Positions 63,605 through 64,000 of a stretch of DNA of 64,000 nt are shown here, one piece after another. Position 1 is the stretch's first letter. Every line of letters begins with the position of its first letter. The stretch comes from Tubulanus polymorphus (lineage: Eukaryota > Animalia > Nemertea). Below the pieces are notes generated by a model. The model ran no database searches. It was not told where the DNA came from and worked only from the letters and a program-made list of their open reading frames with translations. The DNA is taken from contig NC_134027.1 in the NCBI RefSeq assembly GCF_964204645.1, positions 21,848,560-21,912,559 on the forward strand, read 5' to 3'. The position numbers and the translations under genes were made by a program.

Positions 63605-64000
63605 TTATAAGATGTATAAAGATTGCTAAGGGATTGTATAGTGAATTTGATTTGAATTTATCGATGTACAGTGAACCTATTGTATTTATTATCGATTACG
63701 ATGTATAGATCTGTTTTTTGTTTTCCGAATAACGATTAAGTGCTCAAAAAATCACGTACGTTGATCCTCAGACAGAAAATGACAATGATAATCACAAATT
63801 CTTCATTTGATCATTTCGAATTGATTCGCATAATTGATAAGAAACGTAGAATTTTAATTAGGCGTCGCAATTGTTAATAAGTTGCATCGCATATTTTTCG
63901 TCAATAGACTGTAGGCTAGAAGTACTTCGCCGTAAAAGAACAAAAAACATTTTAACTTGTTAATTAGTTACCGGTTGCGGTATCATTTTTAGTAATCATT

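Overview
AT-rich, repeat-dense eukaryotic (invertebrate-like) genomic DNA, not prokaryotic. Two main components. (1) Positions 1-5110 hold the 5' part of a BEL/Pao LTR retrotransposon on the minus strand: 5' LTR, tRNA-His primer-binding site, gag, protease, RT, RNase H and integrase. It is disabled by one nonsense codon and two 1-bp frameshifts, and it runs off the left edge. (2) A TBC1D30-like Rab-GAP gene lies on the plus strand, with ten coding exons traced by GT-AG boundaries from 15181 to the stop at 62068 (2801 nt, phases consistent). Its first exon(s) were not found and are probably upstream of the window. The introns hold several MITE families (TTAA/piggyBac-like, Harbinger-like, and a B-box-bearing palindromic family), a tRNA-derived SINE, truncated LINE fragments, minisatellites, and Penelope-like remnants with minimal hammerhead ribozyme motifs. 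I found no convincing new multi-gene system. The best leads are the hammerhead-bearing Penelope remnants, candidate alternative 5' exons or promoters of TBC1D30 (one with an RFX X-box), and the B-box/CCAAT-carrying MITE. All family assignments come from reading motifs by eye; no searches were run.
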